Shown: positions 49,592 through 59,062, counted from the first letter of the stretch. The stretch is 64,000 nt of DNA from an uncultured Anaerolineaceae bacterium (GCA_964518505.1 CAZFGT010000005.1:20358-84357); one strand, 5' to 3'. The notes: generated by a model from the letters alone, not told the origin. Translations and numbers: made by a program.

Positions 49592-50004
49592 CGCCGAACA
49601 CTACCCGGCGCACCGCTACGATGCGTACCAGGTGCTCGCCGGCCCGTGGCGGCGACCATCGGGGGCCGCCCGGGGCGCCACCTGGTCACTGCCCGTGAAC
49701 AGATCAGGCGTGAACGGCCTGGATGGCGGGCCGCAGCGTCCCCTGGGGGCCGTTGGGTCACTGAGGGTGAACAGAAAGGGGTCGAAGGGCGGGTCGCAGG
49801 CGCGCCTTGGTCCGTCGGGGGCCTTTTCGTTCGCTCGGAGTGGCCGACCGCCGCGGAAGAGGCCGCGGATAGCGTCGCTGCGACGCTTCCGCCCCGAACC
49901 GTTCACGCACAGCGAACAAGCGCCTGCCGGGGCTGGTGCGCGGCTCGGCAGGGTTCGGAGGCTGGGCGTCTCGGGGCCGAACTGGGGCGAAGGACCCCTG
50001 GTTC

Positions 50005-50616
50005 CTAGGTGCGCTCCCGGGGCGTGGCGCGGCGCTCGATGAGGGCGACCGCGTCCTTGAGCCGGGTGAGCACCTCCGCCTCGATCGTCTCGGTGTCGGT
50101 GTAGGGGCCGAGGCGCTCCAGGAGGTCGGCGATCAGGCCGTAGTAGACCTGGGCGTCGGCCAGGAAGAACTGCGGCTCGTTGTTGTAGCGGACGAGGGTG
50201 AGGCGGCCCTGGAGGACGCGTCGATCGTCCACGTGGGCGATCTGGGTGGCGAAGTTGTGGCCCTGGATGCCGTCAGGGTTATTGAGGAAGTTCAGGGCGT
50301 TGTCGATGGCCAGGCCGAAGCGCGCGCGCCAGGCGACGAGGCGCTCGTGGATCTCCGGCGGGACGCGGACCTCCGCGACCTCGTCGAAGACGTCCGGGGC
50401 GACCGTCAGGAGGCCCACCAGCGTGCTGCCGGCGCGCGGCCCGAGCATGACCTGGAGGCTTCGCTCGAGGGTGAAGACCTCCGAGTCGAAGCGCGGGCTG
50501 GTGATGACGTCGGTGAGGAGATCCTCCACGTTGTCCAGCGCCCCTGGCTCGGCCATGGACGTGGCGAGGTGGAGGATCTCCTCCTTGAAGAGGAACTTCT
50601 CCTCGTGATCGAGCAT
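50005..50616 (-). CDS. hypothetical protein (203 aa) immediately downstream of gdh
   Basis: Acidic, non-repetitive sequence (MLDHEEKFLFKEEILHLATSMAEPGALDNVEDLL...). No antisense gene competes for the frame. Family unknown. Confidence 0.4.
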   Translation of the reverse strand: MLDHEEKFLFKEEILHLATSMAEPGALDNVEDLLTDVITSPRFDSEVFTLERSLQVMLGPRAGSTLVGLLTVAPDVFDEVAEVRVPPEIHERLVAWRARFGLAIDNALNFLNNPDGIQGHNFATQIAHVDDRRVLQGRLTLVRYNNEPQFFLADAQVYYGLIADLLERLGPYTDTETIEAEVLTRLKDAVALIERRATPRERT

Positions 50617-50631
50617 CAGCGAGCGGCCGGC

Positions 50632-51897
50632 CTACGGATAGAGGCCGCGCAGGGCAGTGGCAGAGGCGACGCGGTCAACGGCCAGCAGGTAGGCGCCGAC
50701 GCGGTTGTTGACCTCGTTCGACTGGGCCAGCCGCAGCACCTCGTGGAAGGCCTTGACCATGATGACCTTGAGCTTGTCGTTGACGACTTCCTCGGTCCAG
50801 TGGTCGCGGTTGAGGTCCTGCACCCACTCGAAGTAGCTGACGGTGACGCCGCCGGCGTTGCACAGGATGTCGGGGATGAGGAAGATGCCGCGCTCGAACA
50901 GCCGCTCGTCGGCTTCCGGCGTGGTGGGCCCGTTGGCCGCCTCGGCCACGATCCGAGCCTTGACGTCATCCGCGTTCTTGGCCGTGATCTGGTTCTCCAG
51001 GGCGGCCGGGATGAGGATGTCGCACTCGGTGGCAAGGACGTCCATGTTGGAGATATCGCGCGAGCCGGGGAAGCCCTGGACCGTGCCGTGCTCCTTCTTC
51101 CAGGCGATGACGCGCTCGACGTCGAGCCCCTCGGCGCGGTGGATGCCACCGGTCGAGTCGGAGACGGCGACGATGCGAGACCCCTCGGCTGCCATCAGCT
51201 GCGCCGCGATGGAGCCGGCGTTGCCGAAGCCCTGGATGGCGACCGTGCTCTTGTGCAGGTCCATGCCCAGGTGGTCGGCGGCCTCGACGATGCAGTACAC
51301 GGCGCCGCGGGCGGTCGCCTCGTTGCGACCCTCCGAGCCACCGAGGCTGATGGGCTTGCCGGTGACCACGCCCGGGACGGTGTACCCGACATGCATGGAG
51401 TAGGTGTCCATGATCCAGGCCATCGTCTGGGAGTTCGTGTTGACGTCGGGGGCCGGGATATCACGCTCGGGTCCGATGAGGACGCTGATCTCCGTGGCGA
51501 ACCGGCGGGTGAGGCCTTCCAGCTCCTTGAGCGAGAGCTTCTTGGGGTCGACGATGACGCCGCCCTTGCCACCACCGTACGGGATGCCCACCACGGCGCA
51601 CTTCCAGGTCATCCACATCGAGAGGGCCTTGACCTCGTCGAGGGAGACGTCCTGGTGGTAGCGGATGCCACCCTTGGCCGGGCCGCGGCCCAGGTTGTGC
51701 TGGACGCGGAAGCCGGTGAAGACCTGCACGGAGCCATCGTCCATATGGACGGGGAAGTGGACGGTGAGCTCGCGGCGGGGCTCACGAAGGACGCGGCGGA
51801 GGCCGGGATCCAGGTTGAGCTTCTCGGCCGCGAGGTCGAACTGGCGCTGGGCCACCTGCCACGCATTGATGTGGGCGGCGACCTGCTCGGTTGTCAT
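50632..51897 (-). CDS. gdhA: glutamate dehydrogenase (Glu/Leu/Phe/Val dehydrogenase family)
   Basis: Catalytic Lys region (GGAKGGI: PYGGGKGGVIVDPK) and Rossmann motif (AIQGFGNAGSIAA). 421 aa. Confidence 0.9.
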   Translation of the reverse strand: MTTEQVAAHINAWQVAQRQFDLAAEKLNLDPGLRRVLREPRRELTVHFPVHMDDGSVQVFTGFRVQHNLGRGPAKGGIRYHQDVSLDEVKALSMWMTWKCAVVGIPYGGGKGGVIVDPKKLSLKELEGLTRRFATEISVLIGPERDIPAPDVNTNSQTMAWIMDTYSMHVGYTVPGVVTGKPISLGGSEGRNEATARGAVYCIVEAADHLGMDLHKSTVAIQGFGNAGSIAAQLMAAEGSRIVAVSDSTGGIHRAEGLDVERVIAWKKEHGTVQGFPGSRDISNMDVLATECDILIPAALENQITAKNADDVKARIVAEAANGPTTPEADERLFERGIFLIPDILCNAGGVTVSYFEWVQDLNRDHWTEEVVNDKLKVIMVKAFHEVLRLAQSNEVNNRVGAYLLAVDRVASATALRGLYP

Positions 51898-52017
51898 GGA
51901 AGTCGGACCCTCAAAGCGCGAGCGCCGGGCCCCTGACGATCGGGACGGGCCGACTCGCTTGACGACGCCGGCAGTCTACACCGGGCCTCCGGACCCCCGG
52001 ATGGGCCGAAGGTCCCG

Positions 52018-52863
52018 TCATGACGGTCGGTATAGACACACCGCGCCATAGGCCCCGGGGCCGACGTGCGGCCCGATGCTGGCCCCGATGACGGCCGTGG
52101 AGATGCGCTCGGGGGCCAGGCCGGTGCGAGCCAGCACCTGCTCGCGGAACGTGTCGATGTCGGCCGTCCGGGCGTGCAGGATGGCCAGACGGTCGAGCGG
52201 GCGGGCCGTGATCAGCTCCAGCAGCCGCTCCCTGGCCTTGCTTCGGGTGCGCACGCGGTCGAGCGTTTCCACGACCCCGTCCTTGATGGTGATGATCGGT
52301 TTGACGGCGAGGACCGAACCGATGGCGGCCTGGCGCCCGCTGATGCGGCCGCCCCGGCGCAGGTGCTCGAGCGTCTCCAGGGCGACGTAGAAGCCCAGGT
52401 CGGCGGCCCGGGCGACGGTCCGCTGGGCGATCACCGCCGCGGGCTCGCCGGCGTCGCGGAGCGCCGCGGCGACCTGCAGCAGGAGGCCCTCCCCCATCGA
52501 GGCGCACTCGCTGTCGATGACATGGATCTCGCGCGCAGCCAGCTGCTGGGCGGCGATCTGGGCGCTCTTCAGGGTGGCCGACAGCTTGCCGCCGACAGTC
52601 ACGCAGATGATGGCCTCCGCACCGCCGTCGAAGCAGGCCTGGAAGGCGGCCAGGAAGTCGGCCGGGCTGCACGCCGAGGTCCGCGGCAGGGGCGTGCCCG
52701 GGACCGCCATACGCTCCCAGAACGGCTCCGGCGGTAAGTCGCTGGCGCGGATCTCCTCGTCCCCGAAGTAGACCAGGAGAGGCACGACCGTGACCTCGAG
52801 GGCGGCAGCCAGGTCGGGCGGCAGGTCGGCCGCCGAGTCGGTGACGAGGGCGATGCGCTGCAT
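52018..52863 (-). CDS. DegV family fatty-acid-binding protein (start trimmed to MQRIALVTD)
   Basis: IALVTDSAADLP ... ETLEHLRRGGRI ... typical DegV/EDD fold signature. The upstream 110 codons of the track ORF are Arg/Gly-rich shadow sequence. Confidence 0.7.
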   Translation of the reverse strand: MQRIALVTDSAADLPPDLAAALEVTVVPLLVYFGDEEIRASDLPPEPFWERMAVPGTPLPRTSACSPADFLAAFQACFDGGAEAIICVTVGGKLSATLKSAQIAAQQLAAREIHVIDSECASMGEGLLLQVAAALRDAGEPAAVIAQRTVARAADLGFYVALETLEHLRRGGRISGRQAAIGSVLAVKPIITIKDGVVETLDRVRTRSKARERLLELITARPLDRLAILHARTADIDTFREQVLARTGLAPERISTAVIGASIGPHVGPGAYGAVCLYRPS

Positions 52864-52871
52864 GGATCTCC

Positions 52872-54107
52872 TCAGACGCGCTCGAAGGCCATGGCCACGG
52901 AGCCCCCCCCGCCGAGGCACAGGGTCGCCAGCCCGAAGCGTCCCTCCCGGCGCCGCAGCTCGTGGAGGAGCGTGGTGACGATCCGGGCGCCGCTGGCCCC
53001 GATGGGGTGGCCAAGGGCGATGGCGCCGCCGTTGACGTTGACGCGCGACCAGTCGAAGCCCAGCTCGCGGCCGTCGGCCAGGACCTGGGCGGCGAAGGCC
53101 TCGTTGATCTCGACGAGGTCGAAGGCCTCGAGCGGCATGTCCACCCGGGCCAGCAGCCGACGCACCCCTTGGACCGGCGCGAGGAAGAGCCATCGCGGGG
53201 CGACCTCCGCCTGGGCGTAGCCCACGATCCGGGCGAGCGGCTGGAGGCCAAGACGCTCCACGGCCCGCTCGCTGGCGACCACGGTGGCGGCCGCCCCATC
53301 GGTGATCCCGGGCGCGTTGCCGGCCGTCACGGTCCCCACCCCGTCGGCCGGCCCCTCATCGCCGCTCGGCAGGTCGAAGGCCGGCTTCAGGCGGGCCAGC
53401 GCCTCAGCGGAGGTGTCGCGCCGCGGTCCCTCGTCGCCGCTGAAGAGGACCTCCTCGCGGCCCTGGCGGACCGGCACCGGCACGATCTCGTCGACGAAGC
53501 GCCCCGCATCGATGGCGGCGATGGCCTTCTGGTGGCTGGCGAGGGCGAAGGCGTCCTGGTCGGCGCGGCTGACCCGGTCGTGGACGGCCACGCGCTCGGC
53601 GTGGGTGCCCATGTGGCAGCCCTCGATGGCGCACCACAGGCCGTCCACGACGGTGCTGTCGACCAGCTCGCCCGGGCCCAGGCGGTACCCGAAGCGGGCC
53701 TTGCGCAGGAGGTAGGGCCCCTGGTCCATGTTCTCCATGCCGCCGGCCACGGCCACCTCGGCATCCCCGGCACGGATCTCCGCCGCGGCCAGCATGATGG
53801 CCTTCAGGCCCGAGCCGCAGACGCGGTTGATGGTCGTGGCGCTGGTCGTGTCGGCGAGCCCGCCGGCGAGGGCCGCCTGGCGCGCTGGGGCCTGGCCGGC
53901 GCCGCCCTGGAGCACCTGCCCCATGAGGACCTCATCGATCCCGTCCCGCGCCACGCCGGCCCGCTCCACGGCCGCGGCGATGGCGATGCCACCGAGCGTC
54001 GTGGCCGGGACGTCGGCGAGGCTGCCCCCGAAGCGGCCGATCGGCGTGCGCACCGCCGAGACGATGAAGATATCGCCGCTGGGCCCGGACGCCGGGGCGG
54101 CGCTCAC
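52872..54107 (-). CDS. acetyl-CoA C-acetyltransferase (thiolase II)
   Basis: IFIVSAVRTPIGRFGG ... active-site Cys region NRVCGSGLKAIMLAA ... C-terminal GLATLCLGGGGSVAMAFE. Confidence 0.9.
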   Translation of the reverse strand: MSAAPASGPSGDIFIVSAVRTPIGRFGGSLADVPATTLGGIAIAAAVERAGVARDGIDEVLMGQVLQGGAGQAPARQAALAGGLADTTSATTINRVCGSGLKAIMLAAAEIRAGDAEVAVAGGMENMDQGPYLLRKARFGYRLGPGELVDSTVVDGLWCAIEGCHMGTHAERVAVHDRVSRADQDAFALASHQKAIAAIDAGRFVDEIVPVPVRQGREEVLFSGDEGPRRDTSAEALARLKPAFDLPSGDEGPADGVGTVTAGNAPGITDGAAATVVASERAVERLGLQPLARIVGYAQAEVAPRWLFLAPVQGVRRLLARVDMPLEAFDLVEINEAFAAQVLADGRELGFDWSRVNVNGGAIALGHPIGASGARIVTTLLHELRRREGRFGLATLCLGGGGSVAMAFERV

Positions 54108-55006
54108 CGGCCGGGCTCCCGCGCGGGACGGGGGTAGACGTAGAAGCCACGGCCGGATTTCTGGCCGAGGTGGCCCGCGTCGACGAGCTGGCGCAGCACC
54201 GGTGGCGGGGCGAGGTGGGGCGCTCCGAAGCCCTCGTGGAGCACCTCCATGACGTGGAGGCAGACGTCGAGGCCGATGAAGTCGGCCAGTTCGAGGGGGC
54301 CCATGGGGTGCCGCAGGCCCAGGCGGGCACCGGTGTCGATGTCCTCGGCCGTCCCCACGCCCTCTTCGTAGGCCCGCATGGCCTCGCCGAGCAGGGGCAT
54401 GAGGATGCGGTTGACGAGGAAGCCCGGCCGGTCACGGCTGACGATGAGCTCCTTGCCGGTGGCCGCCGCGATGGCCCGGACGTGGCGGGCGGTCGCCTCG
54501 CTCGTCTCGGTGCCCATGACCATCTCGAGGAGCGGCATGACCGGCACCGGGCTGAAGAAGTGCGTCCCCACCACCTGCGGGCGGCGGCGCGGGGACACAG
54601 CAGCCGCCAGCCGGGTGATGGAGATCGAGCTGGTGTTGCTGCCGATGATCGCCCGCGCGGGCAGGCGCGCGTCCAGTTCCACCAGCAGTGACCGCTTGAG
54701 GGCCTCGTCCTCGAACACGGCCTCGATCGCCAGCGAGGCGCCTTCCGCCGCTTCGGCCAGGGAGGCGGTCGCCTCCACCCGGGCAAGCTGGGCGGCCGAC
54801 TCAGCGGCGGCCAGGCGACCCTTGGCCACGGCGCGCTCGAGGTTGCCGGCGATGCGGGTGCGGCCCGCCTCGGCACGGACCAGGTCGGGCTCGTAGAGCG
54901 ACACGCGGTGGCCGGCCGCGGCGAGGACCTGGGCGATGCCGTGGCCCATCAGGCCGGCGCCGCACACGACGACGGACCCGGGTGCACGGGTGGACGGTGC
55001 GGCCAT
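54104..55006 (-). CDS. hbd: 3-hydroxybutyryl-CoA dehydrogenase (3-hydroxyacyl-CoA dehydrogenase family)
   Basis: NAD Rossmann motif VVVCGAGLMGHGIAQVLA ... SNTSSISIT ... THFFSPVPVMPLLE. The ATGA overlap with thiolase places both in one operon. Confidence 0.85.
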   Translation of the reverse strand: MAAPSTRAPGSVVVCGAGLMGHGIAQVLAAAGHRVSLYEPDLVRAEAGRTRIAGNLERAVAKGRLAAAESAAQLARVEATASLAEAAEGASLAIEAVFEDEALKRSLLVELDARLPARAIIGSNTSSISITRLAAAVSPRRRPQVVGTHFFSPVPVMPLLEMVMGTETSEATARHVRAIAAATGKELIVSRDRPGFLVNRILMPLLGEAMRAYEEGVGTAEDIDTGARLGLRHPMGPLELADFIGLDVCLHVMEVLHEGFGAPHLAPPPVLRQLVDAGHLGQKSGRGFYVYPRPAREPGR

Positions 55007-55011
55007 GGCGC

Positions 55012-56001
55012 TCAGCGTACCGCCAGCGCAGCCAGCAGACGGTCGGCCGCCGCATAGGGGTCCAGGCGGTGGGCGGCGATATCGCGCACCGCCGCGTCCA
55101 GGATCGGCACCAGGGTGGGCTCGCGGAGGCGGTCGCGCAGGCGTTCGGCCAGCACGCCGTCCAGCTGCACCCGGGCCCTGGCCAGGCGCGAGGTGTCGGG
55201 GGCAGCCGGCCCGCGGCGTCGGTCAAGCACGGCCAGCAACTCCGGCACGCCAGCCCCTGTGGCGGCGGTCGTCAGCAGCACTTCAGGCCGCTTGGGCCGT
55301 GGGCGCCCGGCGGCCAGGGCGGCCCGGTCCTGCTGGGCCCCGACGGTGAGCATCGCCCGCAGCTGGGCCGCGGCGCGGTGGGCGCCCGGCCGGTCGGCCT
55401 TGTTGACCACGACCACGTCGGCGACCTCGAGCAGGCCGGCCTTGATGGCCTGCACCTCGTCGCCCATCTCCGGCGCCTGGACCACGACCGTCGTGTCGGC
55501 GATGGCGGCCACCTCCACCTCGCTCTGGCCCGTGCCCACCGTCTCGATGAGGATGAGGTCGAACCCCGCGGCGTCCATGACCGCCGCCGCGCCCACGGTC
55601 GTCGGCGCCAGGCCGCCGGCATGCCCGCGCGCCGCCATGGAGCGGATGAAGACGTCGCGGTCACCGGCGTGCTGCTGCATGCGCACGCGGTCGCCCAGGA
55701 TCGCCCCGCCGGTGATCGGCGACGACGGGTCGATGGCGATGATGGCCACCGGTCGCCGGGCCGCCCGGGCCTCCGCGGTGAGGGCCGCCACGAGCGTGCT
55801 CTTGCCGGCGCCCGGCGCTCCCGTGACACCCACCAGGTGGGCCGCGCCGGCCAGCGGGTAGAGGGCCCGCAGGCCATGCTCACCGGCGGGGGTGCGGTTC
55901 TCCACCTCGGTCAGCAGGCGCGCCAGGGCGCGGCGATCGCCCGCGCGAGCGCGCTGGGCCAGCTCCGCGCCCGCGGCCGCCCCGGTCGGGCGGTCGGTCA
56001 C
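55012..56001 (-). CDS. meaB: methylmalonyl-CoA-mutase-associated G-protein chaperone MeaB/ArgK
   Basis: P-loop [13 protein letters not shown] and the G-domain switch region ([19 protein letters not shown] ... VVNKADR). Confidence 0.85.
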   Translation of the reverse strand: MTDRPTGAAAGAELAQRARAGDRRALARLLTEVENRTPAGEHGLRALYPLAGAAHLVGVTGAPGAGKSTLVAALTAEARAARRPVAIIAIDPSSPITGGAILGDRVRMQQHAGDRDVFIRSMAARGHAGGLAPTTVGAAAVMDAAGFDLILIETVGTGQSEVEVAAIADTTVVVQAPEMGDEVQAIKAGLLEVADVVVVNKADRPGAHRAAAQLRAMLTVGAQQDRAALAAGRPRPKRPEVLLTTAATGAGVPELLAVLDRRRGPAAPDTSRLARARVQLDGVLAERLRDRLREPTLVPILDAAVRDIAAHRLDPYAAADRLLAALAVR

Positions 56002-56408
56002 GCGGCGTCGCGCCGGTGGACGTTGGCCCGCAGGAACTGCGCCACCTCACCGATCGTCGTACCGGGCCCGAAGACCTCCGCCACGCCGGCCGCCTTGAGG
56101 GCCGGGACGTCGTCGTCGGGGATGATCCCGCCGGCCGTCACGAGGACGTCATCGAGGCCCTCCGCCTTGAGGCCGGAGGTGATGCGTGGCAGAAGTGTCA
56201 TATGGGCGCCGGACAGGATCGAGAGGCCGACCACGTCCACGTCCTCCTGCAGGGCCGCCGCGACGATCATCTCGGGCGTCTGGCGCAGGCCCGTGTAGAT
56301 GACCTCGAAGCCCTCGTCGCGCAGGCCGCGCGCGAGCACCTTGGCGCCCCGGTCGTGGCCGTCCAGGCCGGGCTTGGCGATAAGGACCTTCAGGGGCCGG
56401 TCAGCCAT
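55998..56408 (-). CDS. cobalamin-binding domain protein (acyl-CoA mutase small subunit / B12-binding subunit)
   Basis: 136 aa: [34 protein letters not shown] ... [11 protein letters not shown]. Contains the DxHxxG B12-binding motif (DGHDRG). A 4-bp overlap with meaB. Confidence 0.8.
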   Translation of the reverse strand: MADRPLKVLIAKPGLDGHDRGAKVLARGLRDEGFEVIYTGLRQTPEMIVAAALQEDVDVVGLSILSGAHMTLLPRITSGLKAEGLDDVLVTAGGIIPDDDVPALKAAGVAEVFGPGTTIGEVAQFLRANVHRRDAA

Positions 56409-56459
56409 AGCCGCATCATAGCCGCCGGTGTCGGCAGCTCGGCGTCGCCTACCGCCCGC

Positions 56460-57719
56460 TCATCGCTCCACGAGCCCGATCTGGATCGTGGCCTGGCCGA
56501 CGGCCAGCGTGAAGGCGAGGGACGGACACGAGTTCGACGCTGGTCCATGCTCGCCGATGATCCACGTCATGACGCCTTCGAAGTCGCCCGTCTGGCGGAC
56601 CTCGGCGGGCCCGGCGCCGAGGCTGACCAGGTCGCGCTCCGCGGTCGGCAGGCTGGACCCCTCGACGCCGGTCAGCACCACCCGCCAGTAGCTGTCCCCG
56701 GCGACCGTCACCGGGAGTCCGCTGGGGTCAAGGGTGAAGGGCGGCGTCGCGGGCTCGACGCGGATGGACACCCCGTTGAGGGACGCCACACGGATGTCCA
56801 CGCTCTGGTCGCGAAGGTGCACGTCCTGGACGGCTTGCAGGTGATCGATGGACGGCTCGGCCGGCCCGCTCCATACGCTGGCCTGACAGGTGGGGCCGCT
56901 GACCGGGGTGAAGGCCAGGGCGGACGTGAAGTCCACCGTGAAGGCCTGGCCGGACCCCGCCTTGGCCCAGGCCACATCGACGCACGCGGGGTCGCTCAGG
57001 CCGACGATCCACCGCGACGCCTGTGAGACGCCCGTTCCGTCGTCGACCGCGACCAGCTCGCGGACCAGCGCGCCCGGACCGGTCTGGTCGAGCTCAGAGG
57101 TGGCCAGCTTGTCGGTCGCCGCGTGATCGAGGGTGATGCTGTAGAAGGCGCGACCGACGATGGTGACCGGCTTGCCGGACGCGTCGGTGAACGGTGCCGA
57201 CGCCGGCTCGACCGTGATCCCGCTGTACGCCAGGCCGGCCTGGAAGGTGACCCGGTCGTAGCCCGGGAAACTGGTCACGGCGACGTCACGGAGCGGGTTG
57301 GACGGGTCGGTCGTCAGGCCGGCGTCGGAGAAGCGCGTGGCGCATGTCTGGGACTCGGCGGGCGAGGGCGGCGGGAGGACGCCCGTCGGCGAAGGTGTCG
57401 GCGTGGTCGGCGACGCCGACGGGGTGGCGAGCGTCGGTGAGGGTGTCGCGCTGGTCGGCGAGGGCGTCAGGACGGCCGTCGGCCCAAGCGGGAGTCGGCC
57501 ACCGGCCACGGCCAGCATCGTCCCCACGAGGGCCACCAGGACGGCCGCGACAAGGAGCCAGAGGGCGCTGCGGCGCGGACCCGCCACGAGCACGGGACGA
57601 CCGGTCGGGCGCTGGGCAGCGGGCGCATCGCTCCACGTCGGGTGCGGCGGGGTCTCGCCGTCCAACAGGTCGTGCAGGCCGGTGGCGAGGCGGCGTTCGA
57701 ACGAGTCGTCAGCGGCCAT
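56460..57719 (-). CDS. putative anti-sigma factor (single-pass membrane protein with Pro/Thr/Ser-rich linker and extracytoplasmic domain)
   Basis: Overlaps the upstream ECF sigma gene by 11 bp. Short cytoplasmic N-terminus, one TM helix (ALWLLVAAVLVALVGTMLAV), then SPTSATPSPTLATPSASPTTPTPSPT and a 280-aa extracytoplasmic domain. Confidence 0.5.
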   Translation of the reverse strand: MAADDSFERRLATGLHDLLDGETPPHPTWSDAPAAQRPTGRPVLVAGPRRSALWLLVAAVLVALVGTMLAVAGGRLPLGPTAVLTPSPTSATPSPTLATPSASPTTPTPSPTGVLPPPSPAESQTCATRFSDAGLTTDPSNPLRDVAVTSFPGYDRVTFQAGLAYSGITVEPASAPFTDASGKPVTIVGRAFYSITLDHAATDKLATSELDQTGPGALVRELVAVDDGTGVSQASRWIVGLSDPACVDVAWAKAGSGQAFTVDFTSALAFTPVSGPTCQASVWSGPAEPSIDHLQAVQDVHLRDQSVDIRVASLNGVSIRVEPATPPFTLDPSGLPVTVAGDSYWRVVLTGVEGSSLPTAERDLVSLGAGPAEVRQTGDFEGVMTWIIGEHGPASNSCPSLAFTLAVGQATIQIGLVER

Positions 57720-58248
57720 GGTCGGCCTCCGGGGAGCGATGGGTCGTGGGGGTCGGGACGGGTGTGTCGAGGTCGAGCCGCAGGCGATCGAGGGCCCGGC
57801 TCAGGATGGCCCCGACGTTGCCGGGGCTGGTCTCCAGGATGGTCGCGATCGTGGCGTAGTCGAAGTCGTGGTAGTAGCGCAGCACGATCGCTGCCCGCTG
57901 GCGAGGCTCCAGGCGCGCCAGGGCCTCTCGCACCGCGACCCGATCGGCGCCGTCGTCCGCCGCCGTGGGACGGTCGTCACGGATGGGGTCGAGCGGCTGG
58001 GCCCAGCGGATGCGCGTGCGACGGAGGCCGCTGAGCGCGGCGTTCACCGCGATGCGGTGCAGCCAGGCCTCCACGGGCACGTCACCGCGGAAGCGGCGCC
58101 GCTCGCGGAAGGCCGATTCGTAGGCGTCCTGGGCCACGTCCGCGGCCAGGCCGGCCTCCCCGCAGATGCCGAGCGTGGTGCGGTAGACGGCCGGATACGT
58201 CCGTTCGTAGAGAGCCGCGAAATCGTCGAGCTGGGCGAGGAAGGTCAC
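57709..58248 (-). CDS. ECF-type RNA polymerase sigma-70 family factor
   Basis: Region 2 (AQDAYESAFRERRRFRGDVPVEAWLHRIAVNAALSGLRR) and region 4 HTH (YATIATILETSPGNVGAILSRALDRLR). Confidence 0.8.
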   Translation of the reverse strand: MTFLAQLDDFAALYERTYPAVYRTTLGICGEAGLAADVAQDAYESAFRERRRFRGDVPVEAWLHRIAVNAALSGLRRTRIRWAQPLDPIRDDRPTAADDGADRVAVREALARLEPRQRAAIVLRYYHDFDYATIATILETSPGNVGAILSRALDRLRLDLDTPVPTPTTHRSPEADHGR

Positions 58249-58351
58249 TCGTGCTCCCTGGTCGCCGCCGCGCCTGCCGCACTGCTGCTACCGATATGAC
58301 GCGTGGGAGCCCCTGATCCTTACACGCTCGGCGGGCCGCCTCGCGACGGGG

Positions 58352-59062
58352 TCAGCCGCGGCGGAACGCCTGCCCTCCGCGCGCCAGGGCGACGACCACG
58401 AACCAGTACGCCACGGCGAAGACGACGAACACCACCACCCCGGTGCGAGTCGTGCCGTTCGATGAGCTTAGTGCGCCGAGGGCCACGAGGGTCGTCAGCA
58501 GCCCGGCGATGAACGAGAGCAGGATGCCCAGCAGGCGGCCCCACTGCCGCTTCAGGAGGACGCCGATGCCCGCGATCAACTCGCCCAGCCCATAGACAGC
58601 CACGATGACGCCGAGGACGACGAAGATGCCCTCGAAGACGCGCACCGCGTCGACCGAATAGTCCACCGGGTCGGCGTTCTGGATGGCCGTCTCGAAGGCG
58701 GCCCGGGCGACAAGGCCCACGGCCATCAGGCCCACGCCCGCCAGCCCGACCAGGACGCCGATGACCAGCAGGAGGACGCCCGCCAGGCTCACCATCAGCG
58801 AGCCCTGCGGCTGGGCAGACGGGGCCATCGCGACCGGCGGCATCGCCCAGGTGGGCGCGGCGGCGCCCGGCTGGCTCCAGCCCGCGGGCGGCGCCGGGGG
58901 CGGAGTCGGCTGACCCCAGCCGGCCGGGGGTGCGGTCGGCGGCCCGCCCCAGGCCGTTCCCGTCGGGGCCGCCACGGGGGGCGTTTCGGGCTGCGGAGCC
59001 GCCGGTGCGGCGGGCGCTTCGCTCGTGGGTTCCGATGGGGTGGGTTGCTGGGGATCGGTCAT
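58352..59062 (-). CDS. Pro-rich N-terminal, 4-TM hypothetical membrane protein
   Basis: GGAGGTGA RBS 6 nt upstream of the ATG. Eighty residues of PxxP-rich low complexity are followed by four TM helices. Confidence 0.5.
   Translation of the reverse strand: MTDPQQPTPSEPTSEAPAAPAAPQPETPPVAAPTGTAWGGPPTAPPAGWGQPTPPPAPPAGWSQPGAAAPTWAMPPVAMAPSAQPQGSLMVSLAGVLLLVIGVLVGLAGVGLMAVGLVARAAFETAIQNADPVDYSVDAVRVFEGIFVVLGVIVAVYGLGELIAGIGVLLKRQWGRLLGILLSFIAGLLTTLVALGALSSSNGTTRTGVVVFVVFAVAYWFVVVALARGGQAFRRG

Noticed and set aside
49684-49900. Possible Rex (redox repressor) operators from the TGTGAAC-like half-sites
   Set aside because: The Rex site is an inverted repeat TTGTGAA-N4-6-TTCACAA. Here the GTGAAC cores are mostly direct, and the one inverted copy is about 200 bp away. 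The repeats are kept as an unexplained finding, not a Rex call.
49936-51936. 666-aa plus-strand ORF
   Set aside because: Antisense to glutamate dehydrogenase and the hypothetical gene downstream. The sequence has no motif content and is Asp/Gly/Val/His-rich.
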